From: Alphaproteobacteria bacterium
Lineage (GTDB): Bacteria > Myxococcota_A > UBA796 > GCA-2862545
Assembly (NCBI GenBank): GCA_020632875.1
Contig: JACKET010000025.1
Span: 312 to 64,311 of the forward strand
Length of the DNA stretch: 64,000 nt
Reading direction: 5' to 3'
Below the pieces are notes generated by a model. It worked only from the letters and a program-made list of their open reading frames with translations. It made no database searches and was not told the origin of the DNA. A program made the position numbers and the translations under genes. Shown here piece after piece: positions 33,109 through 41,477 of the stretch. Position 1 is the first letter of the stretch; the number at the start of each line of letters is the position of its first letter.

Positions 33109-33744
33109 TCAGCGCCGCCGCAGGAGCAGGGGCCCGAGCAGCGCGAGCCACGCCCCGCCGGGCGCGGTGGAGCACCCCGAGGTCGGCGCGACCGGTGCGG
33201 CCCCGACCGGCTCGACGCAGATGCGGGGCGCGGCGTACAGCGCCGCCAGTCCCACGCGATCGTCGATCGACAGCTCGGCTGTGCCGCAATCGCCGAATGC
33301 CTCCATCACGCCGGGCTCGGCGGACGTGTCGAGCCCGAGCACGACGCCGAGGTAGCGCTGCAGCACGCGGGTCTGCAGCTCGCGCCCGTCGCACGTGCCG
33401 GCGGCGGTACCCACGGGCGCGGACCAGTCGATGTCTCCGGAGAACGCGACACGCGCCTCGCCCCGCGCGATCGACGTGTAGCCACACTCCCCCGTCCACC
33501 AGTCGTCGGGGAGCAGCGCGAACTGCGCGAGCGGGCCGGGGTTCTCGCGCTCGTAGCGCACGGTGACGTGGGGCTCGCCGCAGTCGAGGACGAACCAGGC
33601 CCCCGTCTGGTTCCAGGTGTCGACCGCGTCGCCGACGACCTCTTCGAGCCCCTCCTCCGCGCACACGCGCAGCGGCAGCGCCGGGTCGTCCCAGACGTGC
33701 CCGCGGTGAGTCCAGGCCAGCGCGACCGACGCGAACAGGAGCAT
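33109..33744 (-). CDS. Exported metzincin-like protein lacking the catalytic His/Glu residues, with MYXO-CTERM-like tail
   Basis: LQRYLGVVLGLDTSAEPGVMEAF aligns by eye to HExxHxxGLxHS...M-turn, with the His/Glu positions replaced. The tail reads TSGCSTAPGGAWLALLGPLLLRRR. Confidence 0.6.
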   Translation of the reverse strand: MLLFASVALAWTHRGHVWDDPALPLRVCAEEGLEEVVGDAVDTWNQTGAWFVLDCGEPHVTVRYERENPGPLAQFALLPDDWWTGECGYTSIARGEARVAFSGDIDWSAPVGTAAGTCDGRELQTRVLQRYLGVVLGLDTSAEPGVMEAFGDCGTAELSIDDRVGLAALYAAPRICVEPVGAAPVAPTSGCSTAPGGAWLALLGPLLLRRR

Positions 33745-33812
33745 GTGACGATCATGTCACAGTCGCGTGCCTTGCGGGTGAACGACCGCGCGATCGATCG
33801 TACGGACGGGAG

Positions 33813-34208
33813 GTGTGCATGGCGGAGCAGATCGAGCGTGTCGCGGTGATCCCGGCGGCACCGGAGGCCATCTTCGACGCGTGGGTCGACGCAGCGGGCC
33901 ACGCGGCGATGACGGGGAGCCCCGCGACGAGCGAGCCCGTGCCGGGCGGGCGATTCACGGCCTGGGGCGGCTACATCCAGGGCACCTGGGAGTCGCTGGA
34001 GCGACCCGGGCGCATCGTGATGGCGTGGTCGACCTCGGAGTTCCCCGACGGGGCTCCGCCGAGCCGGGTGGAGGTGGTGCTCGCGCCGATCGACGGGGGC
34101 ACCGAGGTCGCGATCCGCCACAGCGGGATCCCCGACGGCCAGGGCGCGTCGTACCACCAGGGCTGGCTCGACCACTACCTCGAGCCGATGGCGACGCACT
34201 TCGGCTGA
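33813..34208 (+). CDS. SRPBCC-superfamily protein (AHSA1/START-like)
   Basis: The protein is 131 aa. It contains ERVAVIPAAPEAIFDAWVDAAGHAAMTG and IVMAWSTSEFPDG, a typical Aha1-like pattern. Confidence 0.7.
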   Translation: MCMAEQIERVAVIPAAPEAIFDAWVDAAGHAAMTGSPATSEPVPGGRFTAWGGYIQGTWESLERPGRIVMAWSTSEFPDGAPPSRVEVVLAPIDGGTEVAIRHSGIPDGQGASYHQGWLDHYLEPMATHFG

Positions 34209-34314
34209 CGATCCCGTTCGGTGGATCATGTCCCAATTGCGACGTATGGCGATTCCGCGCGAGGAGACATCCCGCTGTCATCGCGCGCTGGCAGCGGACC
34301 GATACCCTTAGACC

Positions 34315-34734
34315 ATGACGAATGGCTTCGGCGATCGCAGGTCGACGGTGGTGCCCCCCGGGATGGAGGGGCTGGGGCACGACGTGCCCACCACGAAGGC
34401 CATGATCGGCGAAGAGCGCGTGCTCGTCCGCACCGACGCGCCGCCCGTCCGCAATCCGAGCCTGCCGCCCGAGCTGCTGTTCGGCTTCGGTGGCGAGACG
34501 CCCACCCTGCCGGGCGATCGAGATCCGGGCGACAACGGCGGCGAGCTCGTGGTGGACACCCGGATCTCCGGCGAGTCGGCCGCCGAAGCGCGGGCGGCGA
34601 TGATGTTCGTCGTCGGCTTCGCCGTCACGCTCGTGCTCGCGAGCGGCGCGTTCCTCGCGCTCTGGTCGCTCTCCGGGCCCAGCGCGTCGGAGGGGCCCGA
34701 GCCCGCGGGCCACTTCGTCGTCGAGCGCGGCTGA
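34315..34734 (+). CDS. Hypothetical single-pass membrane protein
   Basis: G/C third-position bias is strong. One TM helix (AAMMFVVGFAVTLVLASGAFLALW) is present. The gene ends 27 nt upstream of the radical SAM gene. Confidence 0.6.
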   Translation: MTNGFGDRRSTVVPPGMEGLGHDVPTTKAMIGEERVLVRTDAPPVRNPSLPPELLFGFGGETPTLPGDRDPGDNGGELVVDTRISGESAAEARAAMMFVVGFAVTLVLASGAFLALWSLSGPSASEGPEPAGHFVVERG

Positions 34735-34761
34735 CGCCCGACCCCGGGGTATCGTGAGCGC

Positions 34762-36279
34762 ATGTCGCGCCCCGACATCGCCCTGCTGTTCCCGCCCCAG
34801 TGGTACTTCGCGGCGGTCCCCGCCGATCTGTCGCACACGGCCGGGACGCTCCGAAGCCGCGGTCGCACGGTCGTCGCCTGGGACGGGTCCGCGGCGCTGC
34901 TCCACGCCCACCTCGGCGATCACCCGGCGCTGCGTGCGTACCGCGACCCCGCGACCTTCGCCGACCCCGCGCGGCACGCGGCCGCCGAGGATGCGCTGTA
35001 CGCCGAGACCCGCCGGCTCTCGGTGCAGTACGGCTGCGACTGGGGCCCCCGCCACCTCCGGTTCCCCGACACCGACGAAGCGGACGTGCCGCGGGCCCTG
35101 CTGCGCGGGCGCGACCCGTTCCGGAACCCCGCCCTGCCCCTGCTGGAGGCCGTCGCGAACGACGTGATCGCGAGCGGGGCGCGGGTCGCCGCGATCGCGC
35201 TCGTGCACCCCGATCAGCGCGTCCAGGCGCTCACGCTCGCCTCGCTGCTGCGCCCCCGCCACGCGCGCGTGATCCTCTATGGCTGCCTCGAGGACGTGCT
35301 CGCGCCGACGGACTTCGCCGAGGCGCTGCTCGGCGATCACGCCCTGTGGGACGTGTTCCACGGGGTGGTGCTGGGCGACGCGGACGACGCCCTCGATCGC
35401 CTGTGCGACGCGCAGGTGGATGCGGCCTCCGTCCCGAACCTGCTGGTGCGCGGGATGACGGCCCTGCCCGCGCGGGTCGAGCAATCGCTGTCGGCCCCGG
35501 CCGACTTCTCGGACGTCCGCCGCGAGCACCACCTGGCGCCGAGCCCGGTCGTCGACCTGCGCCTCGGCCGCGGCTGCCCGTGGGGACGGTGCCGGTTCTG
35601 CGGGATCCAGGCCCACCATCCCGGCTACCGCGCCGGTCCGCTGGAGCGGGTCGTGGAGTCGATGCGGCGGGCCCACGACGCGCTCGGGAGCACGGTGTTC
35701 CGCGTGCGCGACGACCTGCTCACGCCCCGCCAGCTGCGCGAGCTCGGCGAGGCGACGCGCGCCCTGCCCTTCCGGCCGCGGTGGATGGCCCGGGCGCGGT
35801 TCACGTCGGGCCTCACCGCCGACACGCTGCGCACCGCGCGGGACGGCGGGCTCGAGGAGCTGTGGCTGGGCCTCGAGAGCGCGGTGCCCCGCGTGCGCGC
35901 CCTGATGGACAAGGGTGTCGAGCAGGATGTGGTGCTACGGGGCCTCGACGCATGCGCCACGACGGGCATCCGGGCGCGGCTGCTCTGCATGGTCGGCTAC
36001 CCCGGCGAGACCGAGGCCGAGGCGCGGCAGACCGTCGCCTTCCTGCGCGACCACCCGACCGCCGGGTTCTCCGTCACCCCCTTCATGGAGGTGGGGAGCG
36101 CGCCGCTGTCCTCCGCCCCTGCGCCCGACACCCGCACGCGCATCGATCACGTCGTGCCCCACGCACCCCCCGCCTGGCTCGGATCCGTGATGGAGGAGGC
36201 CGTCGCGCTGGGCGCGTCCCGCGCGAGTCCCGGGCCGGATCCCGTGCACCGGTGGCTCTCCGACCTCGCGTCCGGGTAG
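34762..36279 (+). CDS. B12-binding-domain-type radical SAM protein with CX4CX2C cluster motif
   Basis: The N-terminus IALLFPPQWYFAAVPADLSHTAGTLRSRGRTVVAWD resembles class B rSAM proteins. The cluster loop is RLGRGCPWGRCRFCG. LWLGLESAVPRV follows downstream. Confidence 0.75.
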   Translation: MSRPDIALLFPPQWYFAAVPADLSHTAGTLRSRGRTVVAWDGSAALLHAHLGDHPALRAYRDPATFADPARHAAAEDALYAETRRLSVQYGCDWGPRHLRFPDTDEADVPRALLRGRDPFRNPALPLLEAVANDVIASGARVAAIALVHPDQRVQALTLASLLRPRHARVILYGCLEDVLAPTDFAEALLGDHALWDVFHGVVLGDADDALDRLCDAQVDAASVPNLLVRGMTALPARVEQSLSAPADFSDVRREHHLAPSPVVDLRLGRGCPWGRCRFCGIQAHHPGYRAGPLERVVESMRRAHDALGSTVFRVRDDLLTPRQLRELGEATRALPFRPRWMARARFTSGLTADTLRTARDGGLEELWLGLESAVPRVRALMDKGVEQDVVLRGLDACATTGIRARLLCMVGYPGETEAEARQTVAFLRDHPTAGFSVTPFMEVGSAPLSSAPAPDTRTRIDHVVPHAPPAWLGSVMEEAVALGASRASPGPDPVHRWLSDLASG

Positions 36280-36288
36280 GCTCGCACC

Positions 36289-37893
36289 GTGATCGAATCC
36301 GCAGTCGCCGCCGCCCTCGAGTCCCTCGGCCTCCCGCCTCCGCGCCGGATGTTCGCCGTTCGTCACGGCACGGCACGCACCTTCGAGGTCGAGCTGCACG
36401 GCGGCCGATCCGTGTGGGTGCGGGTGCCGATCTCGCGCGCCGGGCTCGCCGCGCTCCGCCGCGAAGAGGCGGCGCTCGCGCTGCTCCGCAGCTCGCCGGC
36501 GGGCGACCCGATCGCCTCTCCCTACAGCGTGATGGCCTACGGCGATCTCGTGCTCGCCGTGCTCCCGCGCCCGCCGGGCCGCCCCGCGAGCGACGCGCTG
36601 GGCGCCGACGGCACCGCGATCGCCCGCGCCGTGGGCGCCTGGTTGGCCCGGGTGCCCGCCGATCAACCGGCGCACGGCACGATGGCGCGCGACGGGGTCT
36701 TCGTCCGCGACCAGCCCACCTGGGCAGCGACGCTCGACGCGCACCTCCAGCGCATCCGCACCCGGCTGGCGCGGTCCGGCTGGGGGCTCGGCACCGTCGA
36801 AGAGCAGCTCGCACGCCGCGTGAGCGACGGCCTGGCCGCCGCGGCGCGCGCCGACGCGTTCGCCGTCGTCCACCGCGATCTGGCGCCCGACCGGGTGTAC
36901 GTCCGCGATGGCCTGATCACGGGCGTCGTCGACTGGGAGCGCGCGTGGCTCGCCGATCCCCTGCTCCAGTGGGCGCCGCTCGTCGTGCAGCCCCCCGCCG
37001 TGCTCGGCCCCATGCTCGACGCCCACGGCGCCGAGGCCGTGCGCGACGGCGCCGATCGGCTCGAGGGCTACGCGTCCTTCGAGGTGCTCGCGCGCTACGA
37101 GGCCCGGCTCGACGCCGCCATCGACGACAACGCCCGCGCGGCGGCCGCCGGCCTGGCCGTGCACGAGGCGGGCGTCCTGGGCTCCGGCGTGCGCGCCCTG
37201 CTCGACGCCGCCGTCCCGACCGGCGGGGTGTGGCCGGGCTGGGTTCCGGATCCCGCCGCGGTGCTGCTGCGGCGCGTGCTCGTGCTGCTCGCCACCGAGC
37301 CCGACCCGTTCGACCGGCGCATCGAGCACCTGCTCGCGGGCGCCCTGCTCTCCGGGCACCCCGAGAACCCCGAAGGCGAGGCGTGGCGCGCGCTGACGTT
37401 CGACGCGGCGCGCGGCGTCGACACCGCCGGCGAAGCGCTCCCCGGCCCCACCGACGACCGTCTCGACCGGGCGCTGCGCGTGCCCGGCCCGTTCGCCTCC
37501 GGTGCGCTGACCGCGTGGCTCGTGCGCACCGCGCTCGAGCGCGTCGACACGGTGGATCCCGCGGTGCGCGCCGCCTGCGCGCGCCGCGTCGAGTGCCTGG
37601 CGTGCCTCGACGAGCGGCCCGCCATCGTCGAGCCCGAGGTCACGCTCCTGCACCTGCTCCTCGGCCTCGCTGCCTCGATCGGCACGGCGCACCAGCGCAC
37701 CTGGGCACGCCGGCTGCGCGAGGAATGGTCCGACATCGCGCCCACGGTCGACGCCGCACCCTTCGAGGATGCGCTGCGCGATCCCCGCGCGACCATCGCC
37801 AGCGCGCCCGCGCTGCTGGCCCTCCTCACGATCCCCGCCGATCAGCTCCCGGCCGATCGCGCGGCGGTTCTCGCAGCGGTTTCTTCCAGATAG
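36289..37893 (+). CDS. Kinase-fold phosphotransferase (APH/ePK-like) with about 270-aa helical C-terminal extension
   Basis: The GTG start lies 9 nt after the rSAM stop. The catalytic loop is AVVHRDLAPDRVYV, and GVVDWERAWLADP is the DxD/DWE metal site. Confidence 0.7.
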   Translation: MIESAVAAALESLGLPPPRRMFAVRHGTARTFEVELHGGRSVWVRVPISRAGLAALRREEAALALLRSSPAGDPIASPYSVMAYGDLVLAVLPRPPGRPASDALGADGTAIARAVGAWLARVPADQPAHGTMARDGVFVRDQPTWAATLDAHLQRIRTRLARSGWGLGTVEEQLARRVSDGLAAAARADAFAVVHRDLAPDRVYVRDGLITGVVDWERAWLADPLLQWAPLVVQPPAVLGPMLDAHGAEAVRDGADRLEGYASFEVLARYEARLDAAIDDNARAAAAGLAVHEAGVLGSGVRALLDAAVPTGGVWPGWVPDPAAVLLRRVLVLLATEPDPFDRRIEHLLAGALLSGHPENPEGEAWRALTFDAARGVDTAGEALPGPTDDRLDRALRVPGPFASGALTAWLVRTALERVDTVDPAVRAACARRVECLACLDERPAIVEPEVTLLHLLLGLAASIGTAHQRTWARRLREEWSDIAPTVDAAPFEDALRDPRATIASAPALLALLTIPADQLPADRAAVLAAVSSR

Positions 37894-37909
37894 CGCAGAG
37901 GATGCGCTA
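37891..37909 (+). promoter_or_regulatory. Perfect 7-bp inverted repeat at the kinase stop codon (hairpin or protein-binding palindrome)
   Basis: The sequence is TAGCGCA-gagga-TGCGCTA, and no U-tract follows. It lies in the 81-nt gap before the large repeat-protein gene. Confidence 0.3.
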
Positions 37910-37974
37910 CACTGTATTCGACCCGGGATCCTCACCTGTGTCTGTCTCGCTCTGAACTCCTCCAGAGGTGATCT

Positions 37975-40962
37975 ATGGAACGCACCCGCCGTTCGTCTCA
38001 GTCGCTCGAACAGCCGAAGACCCGTACCGCTTCGCTCGACGCGCCCACGAACAACGAGAAGGCCTCGAACTGGGGCAACGGTCTGAGCGCCGAGAGCGTG
38101 CACGCTCCGTCCGGCAGCGGCTCGGGCTCGGGCATGGCCAACAGCTTCCTCGGCATCAGCCAGGATCTGAGCGGCAGCACCAGCCAGTTCGGCCAGCCCG
38201 GCGAGCGCACGTGGAGCGACTGGACCGCAGGCGGCTTCGGCGCGGCCTACGGCGGCGAGTTCGGCGCGGGCCCCTACGAGCGCACGCTCGGCGGCGGCAT
38301 CGGCGCGGGCGGTGGCTTCGGCCAGTGGTCCGAGGTCAACGGCAAGCGCACCAGCAACGGCTTCGGCGGCGGCGCCGCGGTGGCCGGACGGTTCGACGAG
38401 AGCACCAGCCTGTGGGGCCAGTCCCTCGGCATGGGCGGCGACGTCTACAGGGGTGTGGGCGGCAGCGCCTACGAGTTCAGCGAGGGCAACAAGTCCGGCT
38501 ACGGCATCACCGGCGGCTACACGCCCCTCGGGTTCAACGACGCCTATGCGTCCGTGAACACCGGCCTCGGCAGCAACCGCACCAGCGTCGGCCAAGCCGA
38601 GATCGGCCGCGTGGGCGGCAACCTCGAGGGCTACACCACCGACAAGGGTGGCTGGGGCCTCAACGGCGGCTGGTCGCAGGGTCGCAACACCTTCCGCGAC
38701 ATCAACAGCACCACCACCACGGGTCTCGGCACCACCGACATCAGCGTCGGTCAGGTCTCCCAGGGCAAGTACATGCAGGGCAAGGCCGGGCGCGACGACG
38801 ACGGCCGGTACTTCGTGGGCGGCAAGAAGGGCGGGTCGCTCAGCGTGAACGATGTCGACCTGAACCACACGTGGGGCAACGGCATGCAGACCACGGCCCA
38901 CCTCGGCAGCTACGGCGGCAACGGCAAGGAGTTCGAGGCGGGCTTCAACCCGAACACCATGACCGCCGACTTCCAGGGCGTGTACGGGTCCGGCAAGAAG
39001 ATCAAGGATGTGAGCGTCGGCACCGACCTGCCCGGCGGCGGCAACTTCAACGCCTCCCTCGGCCAGTTCCAGAACGGCAGCCAGGTCCGCATCGACCGGT
39101 CCACCATCGGCCCCGACGGCGCGCACATCCGCGGCGGCGGCCACATGAGCGACGGCTTCGAGCTGCAGAACGCCAAGGTCGGCGGCGGCTGGGATGGCGT
39201 CTACACCACCGAAGCGAGCCTCGGCCGGTTCTCGAACCGCACGCAGATCGACGGCGCGTCGCTCGACATCGACGGCAACGGCATCCGCGCGGGCGTCCAG
39301 CAGGTCCGCACCGGCGGGTTCGTCGCGCAGAACATGCACGCCGAGCAGAATTTCGGCGACGGCGCCCTGAAGACCAACGCGAACGTCGGCGAGGTGTCGA
39401 ACGACATCCTGCTCAACGGCGGGCGCGCGAGCATCGACGGCAGCGGTGTCCACGCCGGCTTCGACGAGCTCGACTTCGGTGGCGTGCGCGTGAAAGACGT
39501 GAACTACAACGCCAGCGTCATGAACGGTGCGGCCGAGCTCGACGCGCGGATGGGCAGCTTCACGAATGGCAACAACATCAAGGGCGGCAACGTCGACATC
39601 ACGCGCAACGGCGTGAACGCGTCGGTCGAAGAGTTCGGCATCATGGGCACCGACGTGAACGACGTGCACGTCGGTGTCAAGGGGCCGGGCGGCACGCACG
39701 CCAACGCCGACCTCGGTGCGTACCACACCGGCATCAGCGGCAAGAACGCCTACGCCGAGATCAACGGCAGCGGCGTGAACGTCGGCGCCGAGCACCTCGA
39801 CTACAACCAGCACCAGCTGAAGGACGTGAACCTCGAGGGCGGCATCGACGGCATCTACAACACGCACGCGCGGTTGGGCGAAGGCCACCTGAACCAGGCG
39901 TCCGCCGACAACGTGAACCTCTCGCTGAACGGCGACGGGCTCTCGGGCTCGGCCGACAACCTGAACTACAGCTACCTCGGCGTCGAGGACTTCAGCGCCG
40001 GCCAGTCCTTCGGCGACGGAGCGGTCGAGACCGAGCTCTCCCTCGGCAAGGGCGACTACCTCGGCGCGGGCGCCGATCACGTCGAGTTCCAGTCGAACCT
40101 GATCGACTCCAGCGGGTCGGTCGACGGGCTCAACGCGCACGGCCTCAACCTGCAAGACCTCAACGCGCACGTGGGTGTCGGCGATGCCGGCCTCGACGTG
40201 GGCGCGAAGGAGCTCGACGTGCTCGACCTCAACGTCGGGCACGCCGACTTCCACCGCGAGAACTTCGGCCTCTCCGGCGGCGGCAACATCCAGGATGCCC
40301 AGCTCGACGTGCTCGACGCGAAGGGTCTGGGTGGTGGCCTCTCCTGGGGCGACGACAAGATCGCCGAGGCACGCACCGATCTGAACCTCTCGGCGGGCGT
40401 CGACCAGGCGAGCGGCGAGTGGGACGTGCTCTCCGGCACGGCCAACGGCCAGTTCACCAACGCGAACGCCTCGCTCATGACCGACAACACCCACCTCGAA
40501 GCGTTCGGGCACAGCCTCGACCTCGGGCGCACGGGCGCGTCGATCAACGCGAGCGGCGCGGGCGCCGTCGACCTCTCGAAGGGCCAGGCCAGCGGCAACG
40601 TCAACTTCGCGGGCTCCGAGCTCGCGCTGTTCGGCAACAGCGTCACGGTCGGCGACTGGGCGCAGGCGAGCGGCAGTGTCGACGCCTCGAAGGGCCAGGC
40701 GAACTTCAACGTCGGTGGCGAGAACGGCGTCGGCGCGGATGTCGACATCGGCGCGGGCAACCTCGACATCAACGCGTTCGGTCACAAGATCGACGTCGAC
40801 GAGGGCATCCGCGACGGCGTGTCTGCAGTGAAGGACGGCGCCGCTTGGGTCGGCGACAAGGCGAGCAGCGCGGCCAACTGGGCCGGCGACCGCCTCTCCG
40901 ACGCGGGCAGCGCGATCTCCAGCGGCGCCAGCAAGGCCTGGGACGTCGTCACCAGCTGGTAG
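37975..40962 (+). CDS. Large (995 aa) Cys-free Gly/Asn/Asp/Ser-rich repeat protein, no signal peptide, unknown family
   Basis: An AGAGGTG RBS lies 5-6 nt upstream of the ATG. Third positions are consistently G/C in this frame; the 1690-aa antisense ORF is a shadow. The repeat architecture is described in the findings. Confidence 0.85.
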   Translation: MERTRRSSQSLEQPKTRTASLDAPTNNEKASNWGNGLSAESVHAPSGSGSGSGMANSFLGISQDLSGSTSQFGQPGERTWSDWTAGGFGAAYGGEFGAGPYERTLGGGIGAGGGFGQWSEVNGKRTSNGFGGGAAVAGRFDESTSLWGQSLGMGGDVYRGVGGSAYEFSEGNKSGYGITGGYTPLGFNDAYASVNTGLGSNRTSVGQAEIGRVGGNLEGYTTDKGGWGLNGGWSQGRNTFRDINSTTTTGLGTTDISVGQVSQGKYMQGKAGRDDDGRYFVGGKKGGSLSVNDVDLNHTWGNGMQTTAHLGSYGGNGKEFEAGFNPNTMTADFQGVYGSGKKIKDVSVGTDLPGGGNFNASLGQFQNGSQVRIDRSTIGPDGAHIRGGGHMSDGFELQNAKVGGGWDGVYTTEASLGRFSNRTQIDGASLDIDGNGIRAGVQQVRTGGFVAQNMHAEQNFGDGALKTNANVGEVSNDILLNGGRASIDGSGVHAGFDELDFGGVRVKDVNYNASVMNGAAELDARMGSFTNGNNIKGGNVDITRNGVNASVEEFGIMGTDVNDVHVGVKGPGGTHANADLGAYHTGISGKNAYAEINGSGVNVGAEHLDYNQHQLKDVNLEGGIDGIYNTHARLGEGHLNQASADNVNLSLNGDGLSGSADNLNYSYLGVEDFSAGQSFGDGAVETELSLGKGDYLGAGADHVEFQSNLIDSSGSVDGLNAHGLNLQDLNAHVGVGDAGLDVGAKELDVLDLNVGHADFHRENFGLSGGGNIQDAQLDVLDAKGLGGGLSWGDDKIAEARTDLNLSAGVDQASGEWDVLSGTANGQFTNANASLMTDNTHLEAFGHSLDLGRTGASINASGAGAVDLSKGQASGNVNFAGSELALFGNSVTVGDWAQASGSVDASKGQANFNVGGENGVGADVDIGAGNLDINAFGHKIDVDEGIRDGVSAVKDGAAWVGDKASSAANWAGDRLSDAGSAISSGASKAWDVVTSW

Positions 40963-41006
40963 ACGGCGCCGGCTGCGGTACAGTCGCGGCCTGACAGGGA
41001 GTCCCA

Positions 41007-41462
41007 ATGCAAGTCTTCGCCCTCACCCCCGAGGGGATCCTGGGCTGGGCACAGCGCAAGAACGTGCGCCTGCTCGAGAACAAGGAGCTCGGCCAGCTCG
41101 CGCTCCAGCGGCCGGGTGATCCGCAGCAGAACCTGCGGTTCATCCCCCGCCCCGACCGGAACCTGATGACGTTCGCGCTTCCGCTGCTGTTCACGGTGCC
41201 GGAAGACCGCATCCCCGCGTTCTGCGTGGCGCTGTCGCTCGCGAACAGCGCGACGTTCGCGGGCTGCTGGACGCTCAACCACCAGCGCGGCGAGCCCTAC
41301 TTCCGGCTCACCGTGCCGTCGGCGGGCACCGGCTGGACCGACACCGCGCTCGACTTCACGGTCGGCCTGATGTTCTCGAGCGGCGACCGCGTGGGCCCGA
41401 ACCTCATGAAGATCGCGCTCGAGGGCGCGGATCCCGCGACGGTTCTCGACCCCCCGAAGTAG
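41007..41462 (+). CDS. Small YbjN-family / type III secretion chaperone-like protein (tentative)
   Basis: The protein is 151 aa and has a GGGAG RBS. Its start lies 45 nt after the repeat-protein stop. The pattern ...LRFIPRPDRNLMTFALPLLFTVPEDRIPAFCVALSLANSATFAGCWTLNHQRGEPYFRLTVP... resembles YbjN-like folds. Confidence 0.55.
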   Translation: MQVFALTPEGILGWAQRKNVRLLENKELGQLALQRPGDPQQNLRFIPRPDRNLMTFALPLLFTVPEDRIPAFCVALSLANSATFAGCWTLNHQRGEPYFRLTVPSAGTGWTDTALDFTVGLMFSSGDRVGPNLMKIALEGADPATVLDPPK

Positions 41463-41477
41463 CCACCGGCGCGACGC

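Noticed and set aside
37975-40962. Calling the large repeat protein an RTX toxin or T1SS substrate, or a harpin.
   Set aside because: Gly/Asp-rich segments exist (GGGNFNASL, GGNVDITRNG, GDGLSGSAD). However, there is no regular GGxGxDxUx nonapeptide array and no ABC/MFP/TolC or T3SS genes nearby. Only the general 'non-classical secretion substrate' idea is retained.
35935-41007. A 1690-aa ORF on the minus strand spans the kinase and repeat-protein genes. It is the longest ORF in the window.
   Set aside because: It is the antisense shadow of the real plus-strand genes. The G/C third-position bias belongs to the plus frames, and its Val/Ala/Asp/Arg-rich translation has no motifs.
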